A stretch of DNA of 57,868 bases, counting the filler, from Sphacelaria rigidula (lineage: Eukaryota): assembly GCA_964200075.2 (NCBI GenBank). It is 7 parts of 7 records of this genome, joined end to end, with 100 filler letters (N's around TTAATTAATTAA, not from the genome) between each part and the next. Parts side by side here need not be neighbours in the genome. Positions count along the whole stretch, not along the records: positions 1 to 8,182 come from CAXNAA020011995.1; positions 8,283 to 16,464 come from CAXNAA020011996.1; 5 more parts are not named here. One strand, 5' to 3'. Below the pieces are notes generated by a model. The model had not been told where the DNA came from and made no database searches. It saw only the letters and a list, made by a program, of their open reading frames with translations. The position numbers were made by a program, and so were the translations under genes. This document shows, piece by piece, positions 1 through 11,999 of the stretch (its first letter is position 1; each line of letters begins with the position of its first letter).

Positions 1-294
1 CACACTTGCGTTGCGCTTGTATGTGGTTGCAAACGGTGTCAGGCAGTATGGATGAGCGTTTTTGATCCATAACAACCTTGTTCGAACAACCGTTGCTGCT
101 TTCAATGACGATCTGACTCGAAATTTCGAGCAACGAGTGGCCCAAAATACCCCCCCCCCTATCGTAGAATGATTCCTTGCGCGATAATGCATCATCATGC
201 ATGATGGTGGCCGATATCTGTGAAATATATCTTCACCCGCAATTACTACTGAACCGCTCGTGTCTTGCTCGCAGCTATCCATTTTTTAATCTTC

Positions 295-685
295 AGTCAT
301 GTTACGATAGTGGGGGGGGGGCGAGGGGGCTCCGATTCCACGAAACAACGGGCTCAGATGTCTCAGACAATCAAACACCCCCCGTGGGCTTGTAGGGTAC
401 AAACGATGTCAAGCAAGAATGAGAGTAACAAGCACGTTCGAGCACCCGTCGTTGCTGCTTTCAAAGGCAACCTGAGGCCGAATTTCGTGGAAGGAATGGC
501 CCAAATTCTTTCCCCCCCCCCCCCTCCAATCGTAACACGACTCCCCCACAGAACCACCACTGCGGGCANNNNNNNNNNTTCAGGACCCGGTGTTTCTGCT
601 TTTAAAGGCCACCTGAGGGCCAATTTTTTGGGAAGAATGGCCCAAATTCTTTCCCCCCCCCCCCCCCTCCAATCGTAACATGACT
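295..685. mobile_element. MITE, family A (TIR AGTCATGTTACGAT next to a G/C run)
   Basis: AGTCATGTTACGAT (295-308) is the exact reverse complement of ATCGTAACATGACT (672-685). The 3' part is duplicated around a 10-N gap. Related ends occur at ~86-176, ~41600-41676 and 55602-56231. Confidence 0.7.
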
Positions 686-876
686 CCCTCACAGAACCAG
701 CACTGGGGGCATCTGTAATTTGTTGCTGATGAGCTGATGATGGCACTTCGTTCCAATCAGGGTTATGCATCGTCAGCGGCAGACAACAACACGCGGCCAA
801 AACCATTTACGATGATTGCCTAGTGAACGAAAAAGATTGAAACCACTCCTTGCGATTTCCCTTTCTTCTATGAACA

Positions 877-1299
877 CGGGATTTTACAAATTGGGGATGG
901 ATTATTCATTTGGGATGAGAACCCGGAGAATCAGAATCTTGTATCTAAACCAAATCTTCGAAGTATGCTTCCATTTCTTCACTTGCTGATAGCCATTGAC
1001 AACAATTTCACGCCCAACATATTGGGATTTCGATAATCGAAATGTCGGGGTACTAGGCAAAGAAACAATTTTGGCGTCCGATCGGATCACCTAAATCTCC
1101 CAAAATTGGTTCTTCAACTAGGACCCCGACATTTCGATTATCGAAATCCAAATTTGTATGGCGTGTTGAAGTTATCAATAGCTACCAGCAAGTGAAGAAA
1201 TGGAAGCATACCTCGAACATTTGGTGTGGATACGAAGATTTTAATTCTTCAAGTTCTCATCCCCAATAAAAAATTCCATCCCCAATTTGTAAAATCCCG
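877..1299. mobile_element. Foldback element / MITE with ~180-bp imperfect inverted arms
   Basis: CGGGATTTTACAAATTGGGGATGG (877) is inverted at CCATCCCCAATTTGTAAAATCCCG (ends 1299). Arms ~877-1057 and ~1118-1299 pair along their length. Confidence 0.85.
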
Positions 1300-2038
1300 C
1301 ATCTATTAAAGTTTGTCAGACTGCAAAAAAACACACAAAACCACCACCAACAACAAAAGACACGAGAAGACTGTATCATATGCACCATCTTTCTGTACAA
1401 GTAGCAAGCAACGAGACAAAAAAAGATGACCATATCGAAAACACCTACACAAAAAAATTGAGTAGCAAAAAAAGAGTTCACAGTAGAACAACACCGTCCC
1501 CCCAGATAAGAAAAAAAAAAACGGATATGCCGCGTGCACGAGCTTTGCGTCCGTCATGAACCTCACGCGACTACACTTCACTGCGTGCATCGCTAATTGA
1601 GCGCTCTACAAGTATCTGCTCCCGTTCTACCGCCGACCCCTTTGCTGCCGCTGGTGAGATCTAGAGGGGGGAACTGAGGAGACGGGGTGGATTCTATATA
1701 ACGAGACAGCCCTGGGTAGTACTACTAATAGTACCTCGCACGTGGAGCCCCACTCCGTCACCGCACTTTTCGCATTTCACTACTGTTTTTTCACTGACAG
1801 ATATTGAGCGTCAACTAAAGAGAGGAAACTCACGCCTTGTGTTGAGTTTCGTGAAGAAAGCACGGAGGTACATCACACGAGAGAAACATGAACCCTAGTA
1901 AAAATCTCCGAGCCCCCAGAGATATATCAGGGCCTTTAATCACTCCCTCCTTCACTTCCCTCTAACTGTCCCCAAGAGCAGGCGTCGCTGTTGGGTAACA
2001 TGCGGAATAGAAACCAGCATATGGGTTTGGGTGCACAG

Positions 2039-2062
2039 ATATATATATATATATATATATAT
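2039..2062. repeat. (AT)n microsatellite
   Basis: Perfect AT run; similar runs at ~48014, ~56102 and ~56657. Confidence 0.9.
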
Positions 2063-2624
2063 CGATAACCTTGCTGCGTGATCGTCGATGACCTCGCTCC
2101 ATGTGTTTCTATATTCTTCTGCCCACTTTGTACTGAATGTCCATGTGCTGTACTTCTACGCTCCCCTTCAAATATGATCTACATGGATAGATGAATATTG
2201 TATGTATGTATCTATCTATCTGTATATATACATATATACCTACATCCCATAGCGGCATCAACAAACACGCTGTCGAGGAGCAAGTGCTGTGGCCAAGCGC
2301 AATATCATCATGTGCCACCGTTATGAACTACACTCGTGAGTCATACCCTTTCAAAAACTTGGAAATTGTCGGTGAGAGGACGGCACGATTTCCTCTTCAT
2401 AAGTCCCTCTTCCATCTTCTGTATATATTCGAACCCTTCGGATCTCGCCTGTAAAACCGCAAGACTATACTACACGTGACCGAACCTCCGTTGATATACA
2501 AAATTCCCCGCAACGAGGATCGTCTCGAGAGGGATGACTAAAAACCCTGCACTATTAGTATCGAGAACAGTCAACAAAGGTGACTATATCGCCGGGGGCT
2601 GGGGCGGAGAGTTCGTGGGGAAAG

Positions 2625-2851
2625 CTACAATCGAGGTTCCTTTGAATTGCGAGCATGGCTCCTGTGCTCCGCGCCTCTGCAGTTCGTAGTCGTCATTTTG
2701 ACACCCTCTCCGCCCCCACTATCACCGTCACTACGGTTGGCACCATCTCCTCCGAAGACGTGGAAGCCCGACAGCGAAACGATGGTGTTGGACACGTGAG
2801 AAACCGTCCATCCGGCGAGGTCCGCAAGAATCCCGCCTTGTTCACTGCCAC
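2625..2851 (-). CDS. Terminal exon of uncharacterised low-complexity protein
   Basis: Acceptor tgcag|GT. Phase 1 matches the donor at 4354 and gives ...SKP-GGSEQGGILADLAGWTVSHVSNTIVSLSGFHVFGG...PRL followed by TAG. Confidence 0.6.
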
Positions 2852-4353
2852 CTGCATGTTCCAGCCATATTGCCGCATGGAGGAAGGGAGGAGACGGGGG
2901 CAAGCTCAGGATTGATTTGCTCGACAGGGCATGATATGTATGACATCCACGGAGAGACGAGGAGCGCGGGCACGAAATATTGAACACGTTTCACGTAACG
3001 GTTGCCTAATTTTAGTTGGCTTCGATCGACTGTCGCACATGACGAGTAACGGATCAGACGTGAATCCAGCTGGGGTCACACAAGACAACCCGACTCGACG
3101 CCAAAGGTAAAAATGTACCAGGAACACTCACTGCGAGAACGGAAACACCCGCGAGAAGGGAACGAGGAGGAGAGAAGGCAGACAACAAATAAGGAGAAAA
3201 GCCAGACAAGAGTATGCTTCACCGTCTCACAATATGAACGATCCAAAACAAATGCAGCCGTGGATCACGCTCGAATTGCGGTATGCTCGGAGATGGAATA
3301 TTATTTTTGGATGACGACTCCGGCATTTTTCCAATCATATTATACTTGAAGAAGGGTGTGTAAGGGTGATGAATGCAAGACTTGCAGGCCACGGCTACGG
3401 CGCACTCAATGGACCAGGGACCTCCAACACAGGGAGAATCACATCTCGATGTGATTGATAAGACGATACATTGATGCCACTTCAAAGACGGGCACGCGTA
3501 AGTCAGCCGGGAAGAAAAAATGCGATAAAAAGCTCACGACGTGCGAATTACGATATGCCCAGGGATCCAACCTTCTTCTCTTCACGTCTTTCAGGTGCCT
3601 GAGATGAAATGTGAAAATATCCTTGAAGATTGGTCAGGAGATGAACGGTGCTTAGAAAGGCTTCATGGATGGATAATGCCCAACATGGGCTCGCTGGAGT
3701 AGTACAATCTGCAATGTATGCGGAGCAGAGCCAACCATCCACTTCTCTTGTGCATTTGTCAGCAGTATATCGTACGCACGACAAGATGGGTGCGATTGCG
3801 TAACCGTCACGCCTCTTCCAAAACTAAAACCAACGACGTCTACGAGACACGTGGGCGGCGGCGGCGGAGGGGGGGGAGGGGGGGGGGGGGCGTGATGAAA
3901 GTTCATGCGTTGCATGAATCACATACAAACTTCCGGAAAGGCGGAAAATTGCTTAACTCGTTTTATACTCGAAAGCTCCATAGAAGCGGTTTGTGTGGAA
4001 GATGTTGGACGCTTGATGCATATCCATGTGTCTCGAGTACGAGCCTGGGCGCATCGACCATCCAAAGGTTCGACGGTGGAGACTTGATGCAGACACAAGA
4101 CAAGTGTGGCAGAACGACCACGGCGCCTTTCACCGTGCCACTTAGCTTCCCTCCCGCAATAGCAGCGGTGACCACGATGCTCTGCAGAGCGGTACGCTGA
4201 AAAACACCCCGTTTCTTCAACATACTCGAGAGTGGGATGGTATACCCTCACCATGAAAGCTCCCCCGTACTGTACCCGTTTCACAAAACGTGATTAATAT
4301 GTCGACAGCAAGACTGCGCGACGAACAAGCACTATAATAGAACAGACACAAAC

Positions 4354-6661
4354 CTGGCTTCGATGTCGAACTCGCGGACTCGGGAGTGGGCTTCTCCTTT
4401 TCCTGAGCCCCGGAGTTCACCTTCTCACCGCCCTTTTCCTGATCTCGTCCAAGGGCATCCTCTCCCCGATCACCATCACCGCTGTCGCCACCAACGCTTG
4501 ACGCTTGAGCCCGCGCGATCCATGCGGCATTGGCACGTTTACTGTCCCTATTCCCACCCTCCACGATAACCTCAACTTGTCCCGAGTGGCAATTGCGCTC
4601 TTCAACAACAGTGAACCGGTTCCCGACGAGCCCGGCAGCGGCGACGGCAGCGGTATTATCTCCCACAAAGGCATCTTTATTCTGGTCCGTGAGCACGATC
4701 TTCTCAGACTTGACTGCGCCAGTCACTCTTACATCGTCTTCTACGGGAGTCTTCCTGTCCTTGAGAATAACGGTTTTTCCGTCAATATTACCAGCACTTT
4801 CGTTTCGAGCAAGTCTGCTCTCGCCTCCTTCACTTGGCTCTGCCCCCGGCAGTACTACTACCACACCATCCGACTTGCTGCTGTCGGGGCTGTCTCCACC
4901 CCGACGACTGTTCGCGCCCTCAACAGCAACATGATCACATCCAAGGCGCTTTTTGTCAGAGGCCGGGGACGCAAGCCCTTCTTTGGCGGCGTCGCGATCA
5001 AGCCCGCGGGCTCGTGCGCCATATACTGCCGGATTTTCTGTTGCGTCGCTGTCGCTACTCCTGACTCCGCCGGCGTCGGCGGTGCTGGCTTCTTCTGGCG
5101 GGACACGGCTAAATGTGGCGACACTCCAACCATTGGACAGCAGGTTATCACGCCGACAGCCCTCGCTGACACCGGAGTCTTTTTCGGTGGAAGAGCTACT
5201 CACTCCACCTCTTCCACGCCGTGCGCAAACTTCTCCCTCATCTCCAGCTGCACGTCCCCCACCGCACGCAGTCTTATCACTCTGAGGTAGCTCACTCGGG
5301 GGGGCTACGACGGCATCAACTTTATCGCCCTTCACACCTTTCCCTGTTTCCTTCTCGCTCTCGGGTTCCTTTCCCCGTCCACTTTCTGCTCCTCCGCCGC
5401 CCCCGCCACCACCCCACCAGCTGAGGGTACCAAGAAGGATCCCAACAGCACCACCGGTGGCATCTCCAGCAGCGCCTAGCAGTCCGCCTGCCACGTCTGC
5501 CACTGTCCCAAGCACGGCATCGGTTGCGCCGCCCGCCACGCCGACCAACACCTCGCCTGCTCCCAACACCCAGCCCTTGTCCTCGGTAGCTCGGGAGGGG
5601 GGGCATGGTGATATAGAAGCGGCAGCAGCGGCGGCGGCAATCGCTTCCACGGTATCGGTTTTTACAGCTCTATCGATAGTGGAGGTTTCACCGGCAGCTG
5701 TGTCTTCGCTGGTGGTCTCGCATTTAGGAGTGTGAGCGGACGAAGACATATTTTTGGTCGCCTCTGACTGTGCATCGTTCTGCGATGCGGATCCCGAACT
5801 CATAGTTTCTGGCTGTGGTGGTGGTGGTGGTGGTGGTGGTGGGGGTTGCTGCTGCGGCGGGCCCGGCTGAGACGATACCATCGGTGCCATCGACAGCGGT
5901 CGTGCACGGTCATGCTTACCGTGGTTGGCGGTGATATCACTGTTGCCCGTTACATCGTCCGCGCCGCTAGGCGGCATACCAGCTCCATCGTCATGGGCGG
6001 AAGTGCCCGTCCACTCATCCGAGTCGTTTCTATTGCTATGCTCTTCCTCAAGTACGTCAAGCTGCTGCCGCCGTCGCCTGCGGCGCTGCTGGTGGGGCTG
6101 CGGTTCCGCGCCCGTTCGCGCCCTCGTAGAAGTAGGTGGAGCAGACACAGGGTACCCGGCCCCTGCTGGAACAGACGGCGAAATCCCCCCCTTTTCACAT
6201 TCCACAGTTTTTCTTTCCTGCCCAGAATAACAAGAATCCTCGGGTGCCTCTAATGTCGCATCAGCCGCCGCCGCTCCCGCATCCTGACGTAACACCACTT
6301 GAGATCCCGCCACCGAGGGGCCGATGCTCGGCGCACCACCATCATCGCCGCCACGAGCAACGTGTAGCCTACCTATATCGTTATTGCGCTCCGTCCATTG
6401 CAGTCCTGGGTCAACCGACGAAGCGCTGGAAGCATCACCAACCGCGGATGTGAAGATGGCCGTGGGAGCGACGGCAGTGGCAATAGTTGTGTCGGGCGTA
6501 CCCCTAGCGAACGCACCAAGGAAAAATGGGTTGGGAATCGCACTAGTTCGCGGCCGGGCGGCAACACCAGCGTTGGTTTTACCATGGCCTCTGTCGGTGT
6601 CGTCGATGACCGGGAGGGGTGTCATGGTGGGAATGGCCGGCGTGTCGGCTGCCCGTGATAT
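4354..6661 (-). CDS. Large (2308 bp) internal exon of uncharacterised, probably disordered protein
   Basis: Open frame of ~770 codons (ORF 4217..6625), acceptor ttctcag| and donor CCAG|gtttgt; rich in S/G/A/D/P with poly-Pro, poly-Gly and poly-Ala tracts. Confidence 0.75.
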
Positions 6662-7157
6662 CTGAGAACCGCCGGTTTGAGTAGGATCAGCAAGGAGGTT
6701 GGGGAAAGTGATGCGGGGTACGGTAAGTGAAGTCGATTACCCCGTTCGTACCCTTGCATCCGGGCAACCAGAGCGTTGGATGCCCGTGATTTCGGCTACC
6801 CGTGGAAACGACCGAGATGTAGTGTACCGCGTGAGAAGTTGATGCGGGTCTCACACAGGAAGATCGAGTGTTAACCTAGGGTGTAGTAACGAAATTGTCA
6901 GATGCTGCTGATGTTCGTATAACGGTGCGTCGTGACCAGAGTGTTTACAAATCAACGCAGCCAGCATTGGTTTGGGCGTCAACCTCCGATACCTTACCCC
7001 TCAATTTAATCGATGGTTCGTGCGCAATGGCATATGAAAGCCGCTATAAAGCACTTCTGCTCCTTCGCCACGGCACAAACTGAAGGGTAAAAATAGTACA
7101 AAGTTATCTCCGCGCTCGATAACAACGCAAAAAACATTACGTAAAAAACTTGCTCAC

Positions 7158-7373
7158 AGCATCCTCGGAAAGCGGGGCAGGTTGATTGACCAGCGGCGAG
7201 TCCGACTGCTGCCCATTCTGCTGTGCACGTTCCGCGCGGAGGCAATCCAACCCTCGCTGCGCATTAGCCCACACACAGGCTAGAGCAGGATTGGACTTTC
7301 CAAGCAGTAACGTGAAACTATCGAACGACGGTGTCGATCCCTCCTTGCCGGCGGTGCGCTTGTTGCCGGAGAG
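7158..7373 (-). CDS. Upstream exon of the same gene (LSGNKRTAGKEG...APLSEDA)
   Basis: 216-bp open frame, acceptor cccatag| after a pyrimidine tract, donor |gtgagc, phase 0 matching the 6661 acceptor. Confidence 0.6.
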
Positions 7374-7535
7374 CTATGGGGGTAGGATGGAAAGAGGACG
7401 CACGGCGAGGGTTGGCGAACGGAAAGGCGCGTGGTTAGTTGGAAATTAATCTCACGACCATGTTCGCGAGATGTAAGTTAATCCATATTCCGCTGTAGCA
7501 GAAGAGCGAAGTTGTGAGGGATGGGGGTGGGGGGT

Positions 7536-7811
7536 GGGGGGTACTCATGATCATGCATAACGAAGTCGTATGACCATTGACCTCGCATCCTTACCAAGCC
7601 GGGACGGAGCACGCCGGGTTTTCGCCGGACCGGGCTCGCACTCAATCACCAAGCGCGGAGCGCCGTGGTGTGTTGGGCGAGTCGCATGAAGGGTGAGATG
7701 CATCCTGCTACGCCTGTTCGGCCCGAAGCCTACTGGTTATGTTGCATGAGGATGACAGCTTACAATGAGTTGCTTCATTTTCTGGTACTGTCACTTCCAG
7801 AGACAGCCACG
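7536..7811. repeat. ~275-bp interspersed repeat, family B
   Basis: Reverse-complement copies at 35561-35841 and 55268-55520; partial copies at 49689-49781 and ~57612-57653. Confidence 0.85.
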
Positions 7812-7859
7812 AGTTCTACACTGCCTCATCGTTCGAACACTACGTAGTACGATCAGGGG

Positions 7860-7930
7860 GGGTACCCATTAGTTGCTTGTCTTGGTCGTTGGACCATTGA
7901 CCACGCATCTCTTTCGAGACGGAGCACGGC
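7860..7930. repeat. Short interspersed repeat, family C (TTGCTTGTCTTGGTCG...CCATTGACCACGCATC...AGACGGAGC)
   Basis: Reverse-complement, internally duplicated copies at ~47195-47330 and ~57465-57600. Confidence 0.75.
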
Positions 7931-8182
7931 TCCTACTCCTAATAGAGACACCTCCAACATGTCGGTGTTCATCACGTTTCTTCCATACATTATACAAAAA
8001 AAAACACGTATCTCATCCCCGTCATGTTTCGCGGTCTGTGGCCACCACCATTCATCTCCTCGTATAGCCATCCCTTTCTCCCTACCGGCTAAATGGGGGG
8101 GGGGGGGGGGGGGGGGAGGAAAGAAGTTATGGGCTACCCCTGCCCGGGGCACCCCAAACACCTTGACCCATGAAATATTAAA

Positions 8183-8282
8183 NNNNNNNNNNNNNNNNNN
8201 NNNNNNNNNNNNNNNNNNNNNNNNNNTTAATTAATTAANNNNNNNNNNNNNNNNNNNNNNNNNNNNNNNNNNNNNNNNNNNN
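8183..8282. other. Artificial contig linker (N44-TTAATTAATTAA-N44)
   Basis: Exactly 100 bp with a palindromic core giving stops in all six frames; recurs every ~8281 bp. Confidence 0.97.
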
Positions 8283-8399
8283 CTGATGCCTATTGCATGC
8301 CTGCTCATCCGTCCCCCCCCCCCCCGCGCGCCGCCACCCCCGTATCCTCTCTCCCCCTTTATCCCTACTCGGGTTCAAGGCGGACCACTCTCCCGATCA

Positions 8400-8960
8400 T
8401 TTCAATTTCCATCTTGAATCCCTCGTCGGCTGTTGCCGTTTTGTTCGTGCCAGCGTTGGTGATTTTCCTGTTGCCCATTCTCCTCACTCTTCCTGCTCCC
8501 CTGTCTCGACCCCCTGGTGCCATTCACCCGCGCTTCTAGAGGCACCGACCCGGTCTTGTGAGTCGTTAACTCCCACACCATATTGGAACCATTTCATTCG
8601 TTTTCTCTGGTGTGGGATAACCCGGAGGGCGCGCAGGTTCCCCTGGAGGGGGTTCTCTCTGCTGTGTTTGGAAGGTCGGCCAGCCTCCTTGGGCCCTCGT
8701 GCGGCCAACGCCCCGAGCTTGATGCGCTTCGGAAGCCGCGTTTCGTCCCGCCGTGTGGCTGTCTCGCTAGGTTCGCATCTAGTGGTTTCGAGCACAGCTG
8801 TGTACAAAGGGAGCCTTGTATCCACTGCGATCCTGAGGCTTGGATCTCTGGAGTGTGTCGGCACAATTGGCAGCCATTTTCAACGGCGGCAACTCCGGGA
8901 TATATGTTGTCAAATTGTGGTAGAGATCTACGTTGAATGATATCGGGCAGTATAGGGTAC
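8400..8960 (-). mobile_element. Degenerate RTE-like non-LTR retrotransposon, region downstream of RT
   Basis: Minus-strand peptide YTAVLETTRCEPSET...RLPKRIKLG...GRP...GEWHQGVETG resembles the C-terminal region of RTE-clade ORFs (RLPKRI-G motif); frameshifted. Confidence 0.6.
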
Positions 8961-9873
8961 TTGTACGTTGTCACCGATACGAGATATTGTACTCAGCACA
9001 GACCATACCAGGGGCCGTACGCTAGCAGGCCAGGCTTCGTGGCTGGTGATGCGTATCTTTACCTTGTCGCGTGAAGTTCGGACGCACCGCTGTTGCTGCG
9101 GGGCTGTTGCGTACTGGTGCAGTTGCCTGTACAGCAGCGACGGCGGGGGTGTTTTTCCCATCACTGCCCGCCCGGCTGGTTGGTTTTCCCACCCCGCCTG
9201 CAGCGGTGGAAAGAGCACCGGAAGAGCCACCAGGCGGTCGACCTTGCGGGCGAGCGAATGGAAGACCGCCCTGCGAGTGGAAAATGATGGGGTACGGGAA
9301 AGGCAGTTACTTGTTTTCAGGGGTGAACGTGCAGGGTCGCTGTAAAAAATATCGAATGAACTCGGGTGAGGCTCGACACTCTCTTTTGATGCTTACTGTA
9401 TGTGGTGGGTACGATGCAGAAAGCTCAACGTCCATGTGGCGTGGGCTATCGTCGAGGGGGGGGGGGGGGGAACACGTTGACAGGGCTTGACGAATCCGGA
9501 GCCCCTTCCGCGTGGACGTGTAGGAGTGCACTGGGTTGCAGGCATTTTCCGAAGTGTATAATTTGCCGACGTCTTCTGCGTTGTGACGTTGAAAACTAAA
9601 AACAAGAGGACGTGTCGCGACAAGGAGCTCGCAGGGACCGGTCAACCACAGTGATAACCGCAGCTATCGACGCGAGACTATCGCAATTTGGAAATTTTCG
9701 TAGTGTGTTCTCAAATGACGTTACCAGCGTGAGCAATTAAAAGCCTTCGAAAGCGCTGAATATTAAAAATTATCACGCTTGCCCGGCTCCTGACGACGGT
9801 GTGAAATCATGATGACAATCGAAAGCCGCGGGAACACGAGGATGACCCACATGGCATTCATCTCACCATCAAT

Positions 9874-9925
9874 TATTGCTTGATTGCTTTATTGCTTGAT
9901 TGCTTTATTGCTTGATCGCTTGATC
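9874..9925. repeat. 8-bp tandem repeat (ATTGCTTG/ATTGCTTT)
   Basis: About six consecutive units. Confidence 0.8.
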
Positions 9926-11069
9926 ATCGCAACATCAAGTGGTGTGTCACGAATCCAATCATGGTGGCAACAAAAAACGTACCCAAGGGAAATAAACAGG
10001 GAAAAAAAAGCCGAGAGTGAGGACATGAATTAAGAAAAAAGGAAGGAGAGTGTACGAAGGGAAAACCGAAGGACGGGTGAAATGGTTAAAACTAAAACAA
10101 AATGGGTAAACAAAGAAAACGTCAGGCCGACAACTACTACCGGTTATGAGCAAAACAAACCCGACAGGCTGCGACGAGCCTTTGATGGGACTATAGGTAA
10201 GACGAACGTACAAAAGCAGGGCCTGGGAGTCGGATTGCGAGTCGGCTATCTAGGGACAACGCCAATTGGGCAGGGACCCTTACCTCCGCAGTAGCGAGAC
10301 GAATTTCAAGCGGGACAAAAGTATCGACGCGATCCGGGGAAAGATAAATATGAAAGGGAGACACAAGTGGGGAAATTAAGGATCCTAGAGATGTAGCAGA
10401 AGATTCAGGGAAAAAGGATCAAGGGAACATTGCTGGGGCTACAAGTCAAGGGGAAATGGTAATAACACGATTGGATGACTTAGGATCACTCTGTGGACGT
10501 GGGACATTCAGACGTTGTAAGCATCCGACCTGATGATTTAGAAACGTGAGTCGTGGGAGGTCCTAATGCTATGTATTGTACACTAGTTTTCCGGCCGAAC
10601 ATGTAGGGTCGTCACAATTGTGCACGGTACCGTGGGTTGACTGACTGCATATACATACAACATAAATGTACTGATCTGTTCAACAGTAGACCCCGCTAAT
10701 GGTTGGTTCCCCATACCGTGTAGTAGTATGCCTCACGTGGTGGTAGTCAACGCACTTGTGCACAACCTGCCCATGAATTGGGCAAGACACTGCCAGTTGT
10801 ATTGTACTGATGAGACTGAAGTTGCTGTGCTAAAACACTGCCTGTGGAGGTTGAGTATTTCCTGCCCGTATCGTTCAACGATGATTATTGGCTAGGCACA
10901 CCTATATCAACACACTTATAAGGGTGAGCAGCGTTCTCTGCAACACCGTAAGTACACCTTGCAAAAGCACATGATTCTTTTGTTTGTGTCATCTCAGACG
11001 GCAAGGTGCACTACTATCGACACGGGTTTTTCGGATATCTCCAAAATTTCGGGACTGGCAAGGTACGTG

Positions 11070-11297
11070 ATGACCCCCGAACGCTTACGAGCAATAATTT
11101 CTAGTACAGGGATGGACCCGACGCAGTACGCGCTGCACTCCGGTAGGATCGGGGGGGCGACACATCTAGCGGCGCAGGGGGCGTCGCAACTGCAGATTCA
11201 GAGGGCGGGGAGGTGGAAATCACTGGCCTTCATGACGTACGCAAGAGCGGGGGGCGAAGGAGCAAAATTCGTATCGCAGGCACCCGCTGGGGAGTAA
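11070..11297 (+). mobile_element. Tyrosine recombinase C-terminal fragment (DIRS/Ngaro- or Crypton-like)
   Basis: YALHSGRIGGAT...IQRAGRWKSLAFMTY contains the HxxR, W and catalytic Tyr motifs; the N-terminal part is missing. Confidence 0.85.
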
Positions 11298-11999
11298 AGT
11301 ACCAACAAAGAAAAAAAATGAAAAGTGAAGTATCGGTACTGTAACGAGTATACGACGAACCTTCGACCCGACCCGACACTACACACCCTACCGGCCGATA
11401 TTGTTCTGATCAACTGTCAAAATTGATGAGTAAAGTGTTCGACCGCAAAAGGGAATTTGTTTTACAAGCCTTCAGAACCCCGCTTGCCTGGGACATGACC
11501 GGTGAATACCAAGGCCGCCCCCCCCTCCCGGGGATGACCGGTTTCGGACCCCTCCCTCGACCGAGCCCTCGGACTTGCCGCGCGTGCTGTAGTGCAGTCG
11601 AATTTCTTCCCCGCGACACCATATTTGCCGTGAGTCTTGCTCGCGGTGGAGAAGGAGAAGACAAGCCCAGCTTACTGGCGACCGGATTTGCTTCGACGTT
11701 AGTCTTGAGTGCAGCAGACCCGTCCTCGCCGGCGGTAGACCCCGACACAGTGCTGCGGCGCTCCGGTACAGTTTCCTCTGAAGGATGCAGAGCGTCGCTC
11801 TCTGGAATGTTTTGCATTGTACCACGGCCCAGATAGACATGGAGGGAGGAGGGGAGGTCTTTGTTGAGGGAAAGGGAACGGGGCGGGGGGAAGGGCGATA
11901 ACCGGAGTCCTCGTGACATTCGTTCTCAATGTTCCAGGTAATTCGTCATGCTTTTGGGTCCTCTCCCTTCCTCGGAACGTTCGTAGTGTCAAGAGGTGA

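Noticed and set aside
440-710. Tandem duplication of the MITE 3' end
   Set aside because: The two copies straddle a 10-N gap and may be alleles or overlapping contig ends
4363-6665. Many overlapping plus-strand and alternate-frame ORFs
   Set aside because: Shadows of the GC-rich low-complexity minus-strand exon
8227-8238. Regularly spaced TTAATTAATTAA palindromes as a biological repeat or CRISPR-like array
   Set aside because: Embedded in N runs of fixed length; an assembly linker
10807-10845. CTGATGAG as a hammerhead ribozyme core
   Set aside because: No stem II followed by GAAA and no matching stems I and III
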